The position numbers and the translations under genes are program-made. Shown here piece after piece: positions 46,451 through 55,644 of a DNA stretch of 64,000 nucleotides (positions within the stretch are counted from its first letter, which is position 1; each line of letters begins with the position of its first letter). The notes below the pieces were generated by a model that saw only the letters and a list, made by a program, of their open reading frames with translations, ran no database searches and was not told the DNA's origin. The DNA comes from an uncultured Candidatus Bathyarchaeia archaeon (GTDB taxonomy: Archaea; Thermoproteota; Bathyarchaeia; Bathyarchaeales; DTEX01): contig CAYSKG010000003.1 of assembly GCA_964431725.1 (NCBI GenBank), forward strand, positions 2,215 through 66,214. The letters run 5' to 3'.

Positions 46451-47359
46451 ATGTTTAGGTTCAGAAAGGAGCAGAAGGTTTTTGAAATATCCGGCATTAA
46501 AGTTGGTGGTCAACCAGGGGAAAATCCTACGGTCATGATTGGAAGCATATTCTACAAAGGGGATAAAAGCGTTCAGGATGAGAAAACTGGAGCCTTTAAT
46601 CGAGAGGCGGCTACAGAGTTAATCTCTAAGCTGGAAGAAATTTCCGATAGAACAGGACTTCCATCCATGATTGACGTTGTATGTTCAAATTCGGAGAACG
46701 CTAGAAAATATCTTGAGTTCGTTGCGGACACCACTAATATGCCTATCTTAATAGACTACGTCTCTGAAGAGGCTGGCTTAAGCGGCATGGAAACCGCCAA
46801 AGAACTTGGCATAGTGGACAGAATTATTTTAAACTCTATTAATCCTGAAACCAAACCTTCAATTTACGATAAAGTTAAAGAGGTGGGAGTGAAATCCGCT
46901 ATAGCGTTAACGTATAGCACAAAAGCTCTAATCTCCTATAAAGAGAGAATCAGACTTTTAGATGCATTAATTCCAAAAATGAAGGATTTCGGAATCAAAA
47001 ACATACTTGTTGACACCGTAGTCTTAGATATCGCTACATTAGGTCTAGCATGCAAAGCAATATATGAAGTGAAAGAGAAGCTGGGCTATCCTTCTGGCTG
47101 CGGAGCCCACAACGCCATAGCTTCCTGGAAATCGCTGAAAAAGAAGAAGGATAAACTTCTAAGCGTAGCCTGCGCTTCAATAGCAAATGGACTGCCAATA
47201 GCCATAGGGGCTGACTTCGTGCTTTACGGGCCAATAAACGACGCTGAATACATGTTTCCTGTGGTAGGGCTGATAAATGCGGCTTACGCGCAAGTATTAA
47301 TGGAAGAAGGCATACGTCCGAGCTCAAGCCACCCAAGATTCAAGATCTCCCGCCTATAA
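46451..47359 (+). CDS. mtrH: MtrH-like methyltransferase (tetrahydromethanopterin S-methyltransferase subunit H family)
   Basis: The N-terminus FRFRKEQKVFEISGIKVGGQPGENPTVMIGSIFY is characteristic of MtrH. 302 aa. Confidence 0.7.
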   Translation: MFRFRKEQKVFEISGIKVGGQPGENPTVMIGSIFYKGDKSVQDEKTGAFNREAATELISKLEEISDRTGLPSMIDVVCSNSENARKYLEFVADTTNMPILIDYVSEEAGLSGMETAKELGIVDRIILNSINPETKPSIYDKVKEVGVKSAIALTYSTKALISYKERIRLLDALIPKMKDFGIKNILVDTVVLDIATLGLACKAIYEVKEKLGYPSGCGAHNAIASWKSLKKKKDKLLSVACASIANGLPIAIGADFVLYGPINDAEYMFPVVGLINAAYAQVLMEEGIRPSSSHPRFKISRL

Positions 47360-47440
47360 ACAATTTGTGAACAACAAAAAAATTAATTAGCCTTAATGTT
47401 TTTAGAAGGAATAAAGAGAAGCAAAACATCACAAAAATAT

Positions 47441-47644
47441 GCGGCCGTCGTCTAGCCTGGTTGAGGACACAGGCCTTCCAAGGTGAGGAGATAAGCTGAA
47501 AAATTAAAAATAATACGAGTCCTCAAAATGATTGTTTAAAATCCATAAAGCATAAATGGAAGGAGCCTAATAGCGGAGCGTGAAGAAAGACTCCTCACCT
47601 GAGAAAGCCTGGGATCCCGGGTTCAAATCCCGGCGGCCGCACCA
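47441..47644 (+). tRNA. tRNA-Gly(UCC) with a ~125-nt intron at 37/38 and an encoded CCA
   Basis: Manual cloverleaf: acceptor GCGGCCG/CGGCCGC; D arm GTCT-AGCCTGGTTGA-GGAC; anticodon stem CAGGC (47470-74)/GCCTG (47607-11); loop CTTCCA|A; T arm CCGGG-TTCAAAT-CCCGG; A73 plus CCA. Confidence 0.85.
47481..47605 (+). other. tRNA intron (boundaries +/-1-2 nt)
   Basis: It interrupts the anticodon loop after A37. A 10-bp helix AGGTGAGGAG (47481-90) / CTCCTCACCT (47591-600) is flanked by unpaired CCA and AAA, which is bulge-helix-bulge-like. Confidence 0.75.
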
Positions 47645-47653
47645 AATCCTGAA

Positions 47654-47663
47654 TTTATTTTTT
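47654..47663 (+). terminator. T-rich tract downstream of the tRNA (candidate archaeal terminator)
   Basis: TTTATTTTTT begins 10 nt after the CCA end. Confidence 0.4.
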
Positions 47664-47773
47664 GATTGTTGATGGAGGTTAATTTTGATGGGTGAGTGGA
47701 AGCTTAGGTGACAAGTGAAGCTTTATTTATTAGAAAAATGTTTGGTGGATTCTGGTTAAATTAGGAGAAAGTT

Positions 47774-48055
47774 TTAGCTTGTTAATTCCTCGATTTCTTT
47801 TTTGCCTTTTTTCAGTTCTTTTTCTTGCTCTGCATCTTCCTTCAGTAGAAGCGCTTGGAATTCTCCGACATGTGTTTTTTCTTCTTTGGCTATATCTAAA
47901 AGAACTTTTTTAATGGTTTCGTTCTCGGTCACAGCTGCCATCTGCTCATAAAGATTTATAGCATCCAATTCGGCTATAATCCCAACTCTGAGAATCTCTT
48001 TATCTAGATCTTTCTTTTTTATTTTTTTGAGATCTATAGGTATTTGGGATAACAT
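47774..48055 (-). CDS. Small two-helix ferritin-like/rubrerythrin-like protein (EncFtn-like)
   Basis: 93 aa. ELDAINLYEQ...IAKEEKTHVGEF provides E...ExxH di-iron ligand spacing as in encapsulated-ferritin-type proteins. Confidence 0.5.
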   Translation of the reverse strand: MLSQIPIDLKKIKKKDLDKEILRVGIIAELDAINLYEQMAAVTENETIKKVLLDIAKEEKTHVGEFQALLLKEDAEQEKELKKGKKEIEELTS

Positions 48056-48170
48056 TTATCTTTCAACCTCCAATATCAATTAACATCAATCTCTTTAAGA
48101 TGTAAGTTAAAAGTTTTATTGTAAGTTCTTACCGTTTAACTCCACTAGCCTACATAAAAGGCGAGATCAT

Positions 48171-49400
48171 CTAGTCCTTTTTGGAGATTAAGAGAATGAG
48201 AATAGAGGCAATAAAAGTGGTGAGGATAGCCGTGAGAAATAATTTCGGGTTTAAGCTGAATAGGTATCCGGCTATTGTTGGAGTTGGTAGATTTACAAGC
48301 GAAGACAATGTTGCAGCTATTGACGTAATTTTAGCTCTAGCCTTACTATCAACAAAATCAATCTGATTCATTAGAAAAGTTCTGGAAACTGAAAATGCAA
48401 CAACATAATAGAAGCCAAGTAAGAGAGCTGAAAATAATGCTAGAGGCACGAAGCCTGCTGGCGAATTTATAAGAAGAAGAATGGCTAATGAGCCTAGGCT
48501 ATAACCTGAAATAAGAGCTTTAAAATAGCTGTTTTTAGATTTAAGTCTTGGAACAACAAGTAAGAGGAGAAATAGGGAAACTGCGGATGAAAGCGAGGGA
48601 ATAAACGAAGCGGTCTCCTCGTTTAATCCTAAACCATTATCATCAACTAAATATAGTGGAAAATAGGCATAAGATGAATTATAAAACCCGATCATTACAA
48701 AAATCAAGAGTAACGCTGGAAGAATAGGATCCCTTTTTATTAAGGACAAAGAATTTAAATATCCTTTGAATCCGGAGAAAACCTTATCTTTTCTAACTAT
48801 ACGTCCGATTTCCGGCTCACGTAAATAGATTTGTCTGAGTATGAACATGGGTACCATAGCGCAGAATGCTAGTGCAAATAGAATTCTGCAGCCCAAATCG
48901 AGGTCAAAAAATCCTATGATGAATCCGGCTACGGGCATGGTTAGAGAGCCAACTCTGAATATGGCTGAAATAGAACTGTAAACAAGAGCTCTAAGCTCAA
49001 GTTTCGTGTCTTCCACAAGTAGGCATTCCCAGATTGAATAAGTTAGTGAAGTTGCGCTTTCAATTATATAGGCTAAAAGGGCGAGCCATATGTTTTGGCT
49101 TATCATCCATAGGGCTAACGAGGATAGCCAGCATACGCTGTCAAACAACATGAATACCCTTTTTCTACCGAATCTATCGGCTAAGTATCCGCCGAGTAGA
49201 GGTAGGATCGATGAAAGAATATTGAAGACCGTTATTAGTAAGCCTATTTCCACCGATGAAAGACCAATAACAATGCTTAGGAAAATTGGTCTGTAGAAGA
49301 AAACCCAGTTCATTGGAATACTCCACAACGGTTCAGTTGCAATTAGCACTTTGGCATTTCTACCGACTTTCCCGTAAATCTTTGTCAATTTATCGAACAT
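48171..49400 (-). CDS. MFS transporter
   Basis: 409 aa, about 12 TM, motif-A-like GGYLADRFGRKRVFM. Confidence 0.8.
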   Translation of the reverse strand: MFDKLTKIYGKVGRNAKVLIATEPLWSIPMNWVFFYRPIFLSIVIGLSSVEIGLLITVFNILSSILPLLGGYLADRFGRKRVFMLFDSVCWLSSLALWMISQNIWLALLAYIIESATSLTYSIWECLLVEDTKLELRALVYSSISAIFRVGSLTMPVAGFIIGFFDLDLGCRILFALAFCAMVPMFILRQIYLREPEIGRIVRKDKVFSGFKGYLNSLSLIKRDPILPALLLIFVMIGFYNSSYAYFPLYLVDDNGLGLNEETASFIPSLSSAVSLFLLLLVVPRLKSKNSYFKALISGYSLGSLAILLLINSPAGFVPLALFSALLLGFYYVVAFSVSRTFLMNQIDFVDSKARAKITSIAATLSSLVNLPTPTIAGYLFSLNPKLFLTAILTTFIASILILLISKKD

Positions 49401-49477
49401 TGAACTGTTCCTTCCAAAATTAAACGGTTATTCCCTAAAGTTTTCATAGTTTTAATGTTAAGTGCATTATAGATAAA

Positions 49478-50581
49478 ATGAACCTTAATAAGTGTTTGGA
49501 AGGATTAAAACCGAATTCTAGGGTTAATTCTAGTACGCCGGATAAATCTCATATTTGGCTCATGGTCACAACCATCCCTGGGTTAGAGGATGTAGTTTTG
49601 ATGGAGGCATCTGAAAAACTCAGTCTTGTTGAAGCTAAACCCAGATTTTGCAATATTGGCGGAAGAGTGTCGTTAAAGATCCCAAGGGAACAAATTGAGA
49701 GAGTATTCAGATTGAGAAGCATAGAGCATGTTATACAACTTATAAAAGTATTTGAAGTCAGCAGAAACGCTAGCGGATTAGACCAGATATATAGAGGTGT
49801 GTATGAATGTGAAATCCCGTTAGGTCTAACTTTTAGGGTTACTTGCGAGAGAATCGGAGAACATGAATTCACAAGTATAGATGTCCAGAGGGTTGCTGGT
49901 CAAGCGATTGTTGACAAGTACGGGCGAAAAGTTGATCTTAAAAATCCGGAGACTATTGTTAGGGTGGATGTTGCTCATAGTTTTTGCATTGTTGGAATAC
50001 AGAAAACTAGAAAATCGCTTAGGATACGCTATCCAAGAGTATTCCAGCATTACTCGGCGTTAAATCCAATAATTGCGTATGCAATGCTTAGGTTGGCGGG
50101 GGTTAAATCTGGGGATAGAGTTCTAGATGCTTTTTGCGGAGGCGGAACAATAATAATAGAAGCAGCCCAAGTATGGGAAAATCTGGACCTTTTAGGAATC
50201 GATATAAGCCCGAAAAGTATTGAGGGAGCGTGGAAGAACTCTGAGTCAGCTGAAGTCAAAGATAAGGTCAAGTTCATAGTTGGCGATTCAATGAGGCTTG
50301 AAAAAGTTTTACCGGCAGACTGGAAAATCGATAAGGTTATCTCGAATCTTCCCTTCGGTATAAGAAGCGGTAGACTTAAGGTTATACCTAAAATCTACAC
50401 TGAATTCTTAAAGTCGCTTAAACCTTTCTTAAGGGAAAATTCTAGAATCTGTTTGCTCACGGTCCATAAGAAGCTTATGGAAAACATCAGCAAAAAGTTA
50501 GACTACATACTTGTTGATAGTAAACAGATACTTTACGGCGGATTACAAGCATGGATAATTTTGCTGAAGCCTAAACTATAA
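49478..50581 (+). CDS. THUMP-domain RNA (tRNA m2G-type) methyltransferase
   Basis: THUMP region, SAM motif VLDAFCGGGTIIIEA, motif IV SNLPFG. ATG at 49562 (MVTTIPGLE) is a likely alternative start. Confidence 0.75.
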   Translation: MNLNKCLEGLKPNSRVNSSTPDKSHIWLMVTTIPGLEDVVLMEASEKLSLVEAKPRFCNIGGRVSLKIPREQIERVFRLRSIEHVIQLIKVFEVSRNASGLDQIYRGVYECEIPLGLTFRVTCERIGEHEFTSIDVQRVAGQAIVDKYGRKVDLKNPETIVRVDVAHSFCIVGIQKTRKSLRIRYPRVFQHYSALNPIIAYAMLRLAGVKSGDRVLDAFCGGGTIIIEAAQVWENLDLLGIDISPKSIEGAWKNSESAEVKDKVKFIVGDSMRLEKVLPADWKIDKVISNLPFGIRSGRLKVIPKIYTEFLKSLKPFLRENSRICLLTVHKKLMENISKKLDYILVDSKQILYGGLQAWIILLKPKL

Positions 50582-50668
50582 ATTGAGTTTTTAAATCATA
50601 AAGTATATTGACTTCAAATAACTATTTTATTTTTTGTAAAATTTAAAAGGGTTGGATTTGGTGAGAAA

Positions 50669-52150
50669 TTGAAGCTTATAGGCAGAGTTGCAGATGGAGC
50701 AACCGAAAACAGGGCTAGGCTTATATTGCTCAAGGATATGGAGAATAAGGTTGTTGCTGAAGAGCTGGTTTTAATTAAGAACGGTGGAGAGGAAAATCCG
50801 GTTAATGAGATATTAGGTGTTTTGAGGGAAGGGTTAGGCAAGAATGAGTTCTTGAGCTATAAATCTTACAGACCTGATGTTGCCTATTTGAGGCATGGCG
50901 GCGAACCATCCGGAGCTAGAGAAGTATATTCTTTCGCCATAGAACCTCTCGGAGTCATAACTGATGAAGGGATAGAACCTAATAGAGCCATAATTCAACC
51001 TAGATCGCCAGTTTATTTACTAGAGGATAACGATAGACCCTTCGAATGGATTGTTAAGGGACGAGATGTAGTATGGTCAGAAGCCTATCTAGAGGGGCAT
51101 CCTCCATGGAAAATTCCTTTCGACAAAACGTTTTTGCCATATCACGTCGGGGTTTATGGAAGCACAGGTTGCGGTAAATCATGGTTTACGAGGTATATAC
51201 TTGTTCCACTCTACAGGAAAGCTGGTTACAAGGTACTTATACTTGACTGGAGCGGGACGGATTATGTTCCTCTGCTCAGGAATAATGAAGTTATTAGAAT
51301 TTCAGATATAGCTCTTGATGAAGAATCGATTTTAAGCTATTTTCAGGATAAAACTTACGGATTTGCAAGAAGTGATGTTATTAAGGACTGCTTCGATGAA
51401 TTTTTGGAAGGATGGGCTTCAAAGGTTAAAGAAGCATATCTTAACTCTGAAAATCCAGCAGAACACCTATATCAAGAATTGAGATCCCGTATAGAGGAAG
51501 CCATATCGAATATAAGACGGGAGGATTGGAGAGCATCAGCTCAAAGGGCATATAGGAGAGTATTTAGAAAATTAAGTCCATCAGATTTCTATCCAGTTAT
51601 GGGAATCCTTAGTATAGAGGAATTATTTCAAGAACTCAAGCGAAAAGGCATTCTAGCAATCGATATGAGTGGAACTCTAACAGAAGCAAAATTAGGGTTT
51701 TTCCTTTCACTCTCAAAATACCTTTATGGTTTAATGGAATCCGGGAAAAGTTTGGGTATAGCCCTAATAATAGATGAGGCACCGCAGTATGCGCCATGGG
51801 ATGCACGTGGAATACAGGGTGAAACATGCGAAATGATAAAGAATCTTGCTGCTCTAGGAAGAAAGCGCATGCTAAATCTGACGCTTATAGCTCAAGGCAT
51901 AAGGGGAGAAATAGGTGTAAATGCGGCTGTAAGGAGAAATTTGAATACTCATTTCTTCGGCAGGATACATCCCTTAGATGCAAGCGGTGAGGGAGGGGCT
52001 TCCGAATGGTTATCTCCATATGGAATCTCGCCCAATCAGATGCTTCAGCTGAAGCCGGGAAGATTCTACTTTGCTGGAGCAATGAATCCATCACCAGTAC
52101 CGCTATTAATTACCTATACTCCAAATCTAAGCGAAAAAGAGAGGGAATAA
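50669..52150 (+). CDS. herA: HerA-like (DUF87/FtsK-HerA superfamily) ATPase
   Basis: N-terminal HAS-barrel-like IGRVADGATENRARLILLKD, Walker A VYGSTGCGKS, Walker B ALIIDEAPQY, LIAQGIRGEI. GGTGA lies 4 nt upstream of the TTG start. Confidence 0.7.
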   Translation: MKLIGRVADGATENRARLILLKDMENKVVAEELVLIKNGGEENPVNEILGVLREGLGKNEFLSYKSYRPDVAYLRHGGEPSGAREVYSFAIEPLGVITDEGIEPNRAIIQPRSPVYLLEDNDRPFEWIVKGRDVVWSEAYLEGHPPWKIPFDKTFLPYHVGVYGSTGCGKSWFTRYILVPLYRKAGYKVLILDWSGTDYVPLLRNNEVIRISDIALDEESILSYFQDKTYGFARSDVIKDCFDEFLEGWASKVKEAYLNSENPAEHLYQELRSRIEEAISNIRREDWRASAQRAYRRVFRKLSPSDFYPVMGILSIEELFQELKRKGILAIDMSGTLTEAKLGFFLSLSKYLYGLMESGKSLGIALIIDEAPQYAPWDARGIQGETCEMIKNLAALGRKRMLNLTLIAQGIRGEIGVNAAVRRNLNTHFFGRIHPLDASGEGGASEWLSPYGISPNQMLQLKPGRFYFAGAMNPSPVPLLITYTPNLSEKERE

Positions 52151-52153
52151 AAG

Positions 52154-53326
52154 ATGGCTGAAAATGCTGAGGAGCTACCTGAATGGGTTAAGCTCCCACT
52201 AGATCTACAACATGAATTCTTCAAGCTAGCGGAGAAAGAAGCGAAAAGGTTAATCGAGGTAATTAGGAAAATAGATGAGAACTTAAGAAGTCTTAAATCT
52301 GAGCTGGCTCAGCACATACGTGAGCTTCCAAAGCAAACTAGGAAATCCATTATTGCGGCTGTTGATAGCTCTAGGTCGCCGAGGTTCAGTGAAAGATTAG
52401 GCGTAAGGTATGGGGTTTTCGCCACTGGAACAGTTTATTTAAAGGGCACGGAAAAGAGAAAAGAAAAGATTGAACCAGGAATTTTTAAGAGAAAGCAGGC
52501 TCTTTCTCGAGACGAAAGCAGATATTTCTTCCCGCTTCTAACGACTTACTGCGAAAGAAAGATGGCTCTGGAAGCCTTGAAGGAATGCGATATACTTTTT
52601 ATAGATGGGAGCTTCTATGGATTCATGTATCCAGCCTTAGATATGAAGAAGCTTGGACTCCTAGAACTAGAGGATAAAAAGAAAATATTTAAGAGAACTT
52701 TTGAGTTTACAGAAGAACTTAGAAAAAGTGGAAAAGTTTTGGGGGTCATTAAAAGAAGCCATACAAGGGCGCTGGGAGGATATAGGGTTCTAGAGCACGG
52801 TGATGACACCCTAGTTAACGTTATAGATAAACATATACTTTCTCTCATAATGCCTGAGAGATCATATTTTGAATATAAGAGTCTCCTTGGCGATTCACCC
52901 CCGATCATTTATACCGGGATAGCTAGGTTAGCTTCAAAAGAGAAGAAAGTTGAAAATTTGATGGAGAGAGCTAAGGATAGAGCTTACAAGCCTTTTGAAG
53001 AATTGGAGGTTCCAAAAGATGGCTTCATCAGCATGAGAAGAGCACAAGTTAGATTTTATGGCGATCTTCCACCATGCGAGCTTGAATATCCCTCCACAAT
53101 TAATCTTGAAAACATACTTTCCGAAAGGGAACTATTTAATGAGGCGACAAATCTACCCTTGGCTTTAGATCTAGTGGATAGTTTAGTTAATATATCTTCC
53201 AAATTTATTGAGGAATTTGTGTCCGAAATTGAAGGGCGGGTGTTAGAGGCGATAATAGAAGATGGAGGAAACCTTGATTCTATAAAAGCTTTCTTTGCCT
53301 TCTTAAATCCGCAAAAACCATTTTGA
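52154..53326 (+). CDS. nurA: NurA-like nuclease
   Basis: Asp motifs IAAVDSSRSP and ILFIDGSFYG, then VLGVIKRSHTR. It is 3 nt downstream of the herA-like gene. Confidence 0.6.
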   Translation: MAENAEELPEWVKLPLDLQHEFFKLAEKEAKRLIEVIRKIDENLRSLKSELAQHIRELPKQTRKSIIAAVDSSRSPRFSERLGVRYGVFATGTVYLKGTEKRKEKIEPGIFKRKQALSRDESRYFFPLLTTYCERKMALEALKECDILFIDGSFYGFMYPALDMKKLGLLELEDKKKIFKRTFEFTEELRKSGKVLGVIKRSHTRALGGYRVLEHGDDTLVNVIDKHILSLIMPERSYFEYKSLLGDSPPIIYTGIARLASKEKKVENLMERAKDRAYKPFEELEVPKDGFISMRRAQVRFYGDLPPCELEYPSTINLENILSERELFNEATNLPLALDLVDSLVNISSKFIEEFVSEIEGRVLEAIIEDGGNLDSIKAFFAFLNPQKPF

Positions 53327-53335
53327 TAAACATTA

Positions 53336-54319
53336 TTAAATTCTCTCCCTGAGAGTTTGCAGTAGCACAGACTTTTCCACTTCATTTACAGTTATTCCCA
53401 TATTTTTGTATCCCATTATTAATGCGCCTATTACAGGATAAACTACAGGGGGAACAAATAAAGCCCCCGGCAGAAAATTGGAAACATACTTCTTAAAATA
53501 CGACCAGACTATTTTGTCCGCTTTAAATACTCCGCCTGAAACCCCAACAATTATGGTTTCCTCCCTCATGAATATCTTTTTGGCAATAGCGACAGCGGCT
53601 TTACCCAGCTCCTCACCAGCTTTCTTTAATATTTTAATTGCGACTTTATCACCATTCTTTGCCGCCGTGAAAACTATTTTGGAGAGAGCCGCTATCTTTG
53701 TGGAGGTTACTTCGTGATATATTTTTGGGACTATATCCTTGAAATCATCAACTTCAAACTCTTTCTTGAACATATCTACCAATATGGTTTCTTCACCTCT
53801 ACCATCATATGCTTTAGCAGCAGCTATGAGAGCTCGCCTTGCTATATCAAATGCGCTTCCTTCATCCCCCATTAACCAACCCCAGCCGTTGGATATAGCG
53901 CTTTCTCCCTTGTTGTTTAATCCGTAAGCTATGGAACCTGTGCCAGCGACAACAACTATACCCGGTTCACCTCTTGTTGCAGCATAAAAGGCTACGATAA
54001 CATCGTTCACTATAATCCTTTTTTCAGCAATATTGGATGGAACTATTTCTCTGGAGATTATTTCGTAATCTCGGTCAGTTGTTAAACCGCCGATTCCGAA
54101 ACATCCGATTTTAATCCTCTCTTTTCTTATATTTAAATTTGAGCATGCTTGTTTGATTGCCAACTTAACGTTTTTACGCGCTTCTCTAACACTAACAACA
54201 TTATAGTTGCATGGTCCAGCAACTCCAACTCCAACAACCTTAAATTTTTCATCGGCAACAGCACACATGGTTTTAGTTGCGCCGCCATCAACACCTAAAA
54301 CCAGCATATCATCACACAT
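53336..54319 (-). CDS. BadF/BadG/BcrA/BcrD-type ATPase, N-acetylglucosamine-kinase-like
   Basis: LGVDGGATKT, AGTGSIAYG and GWGWLMGDEGSA ASKHA motifs. It lies downstream of nagA. Confidence 0.65.
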   Translation of the reverse strand: MCDDMLVLGVDGGATKTMCAVADEKFKVVGVGVAGPCNYNVVSVREARKNVKLAIKQACSNLNIRKERIKIGCFGIGGLTTDRDYEIISREIVPSNIAEKRIIVNDVIVAFYAATRGEPGIVVVAGTGSIAYGLNNKGESAISNGWGWLMGDEGSAFDIARRALIAAAKAYDGRGEETILVDMFKKEFEVDDFKDIVPKIYHEVTSTKIAALSKIVFTAAKNGDKVAIKILKKAGEELGKAAVAIAKKIFMREETIIVGVSGGVFKADKIVWSYFKKYVSNFLPGALFVPPVVYPVIGALIMGYKNMGITVNEVEKSVLLQTLRERI

Positions 54320-54340
54320 CCGTCACAATCTTCCCATGAC

Positions 54341-55504
54341 TCACAAGGATTTCTTTCCTTCAAGCATAGGCTTTCCATTAATATATGTTTCAACAACTTC
54401 CAATTTTTTGTTTAGTATTATGAAGTCCGCCTTGTAGCCTTTAGCAATTTTACCTATACCCTTCACACCCATGGCTTTACTTGGCGTTAATGTTGACATT
54501 CTAATAGCATCTCTTAATGGTTCCCCAATCTTGACGATGTTCTTTACAGCCCTTATCATCGTCAGAGTGCTCCCAGCCAATGTGCCGTTTCTCAATCTTG
54601 CCACGCCTCCTCTTATGATAATCATTTGGGAGCCAAGCCTATAGGAGCCGTCACCAAGGGCGGTTCCAGAGATAGAGTCCGTTACCAACATTATTCTACT
54701 TGGACCTTTACATCTCATAGTCATCATTAATGTTGCGGGGTGAAGATGTACGAGATCGGCAATCATCTCCACATAAACCTTTCTTTCGGTGAGAGCTGCA
54801 CCCACTATTCCCGGCTCACGATGATGATAACTTCTCATTCCATTGTATAGATGCGTTATAATAGTTGCGCCAGCTTTAAATGCTTCTAAAGCCTGATCAT
54901 AAGTTGCATTAGTATGTCCAAGCGACACTTTAACCTCAAACTCTTTTGTAACATCTTTTATAAATTCTATTCCATCTTTAATTTCCGGGGCAATAGTAAT
55001 CCGACTCAGCATTCCCCCACTTTCATCATAAAATTTTTTGAATTCCTCTAAAGATGGATTGCGTATATGTTCTCTCGGCTGAGCGCCAGCTTTAATAGGA
55101 TTTAAATAAGGTCCTTCCAGATGGATCCCTAGAATCTTTGACCCGTAATTTAATTTTTTCGCGGCGTCCACAATGTTTCTGATCGCCTTCCTCATTTGCT
55201 TAAAGGAATCGGTTGTTACAGATGGCATGTAGGATGTCACGCCGGTTGTGGGCAAATTTTTGGAGAGATCCAGAATTTCTTTCGTGTTTGAGTATGTTAC
55301 ATCGACTCCAAATCCTCCGTGCATATGCATGTCCACTAATCCTGGCGAAAGAAAACAATCATCATATCTATAGACTTCCTTGATGCCTCTAGGCTTTTCC
55401 TTCGAAATTTTGATTATTTCTTCTTTATCGACAATTACGTATGCTTCTTTAAGAAATTTTAATGGTGTAAAAATGATCTTAGCTTTTATAGCAAACATAA
55501 ACAA
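54341..55504 (-). CDS. nagA: N-acetylglucosamine-6-phosphate deacetylase
   Basis: GLVDMHMHGGFGVD, HLEGPYL, THLYNGM and VTDS motifs, 387 aa. Confidence 0.8.
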   Translation of the reverse strand: MFMFAIKAKIIFTPLKFLKEAYVIVDKEEIIKISKEKPRGIKEVYRYDDCFLSPGLVDMHMHGGFGVDVTYSNTKEILDLSKNLPTTGVTSYMPSVTTDSFKQMRKAIRNIVDAAKKLNYGSKILGIHLEGPYLNPIKAGAQPREHIRNPSLEEFKKFYDESGGMLSRITIAPEIKDGIEFIKDVTKEFEVKVSLGHTNATYDQALEAFKAGATIITHLYNGMRSYHHREPGIVGAALTERKVYVEMIADLVHLHPATLMMTMRCKGPSRIMLVTDSISGTALGDGSYRLGSQMIIIRGGVARLRNGTLAGSTLTMIRAVKNIVKIGEPLRDAIRMSTLTPSKAMGVKGIGKIAKGYKADFIILNKKLEVVETYINGKPMLEGKKSL

Positions 55505-55644
55505 AACCTTTTTTAATGATCTAACCGTTAGATAGATTCTTAATTTCTCTTTTTAAGTATTAAGGATGAAAATATAGAAAATATTTAAACCATTAATCTC
55601 TGATTAATTTGATCAAAGCAGAGTATCTTGTGGGGGATGAAAGA

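Noticed and set aside
47580-47602. C/D-box sRNA embedded in the tRNA-Gly intron (GUGAAGA-N12-CUGA, plus GUGAGGA near the 5' end and CUGA at 47496)
   Set aside because: The boxes are degenerate, and the C-to-D' spacer is only 6 nt. The single 12-nt guide is complementary to the intron's own 5' arm rather than to tRNA or rRNA. The motifs are better explained as parts of the 10-bp closing helix.
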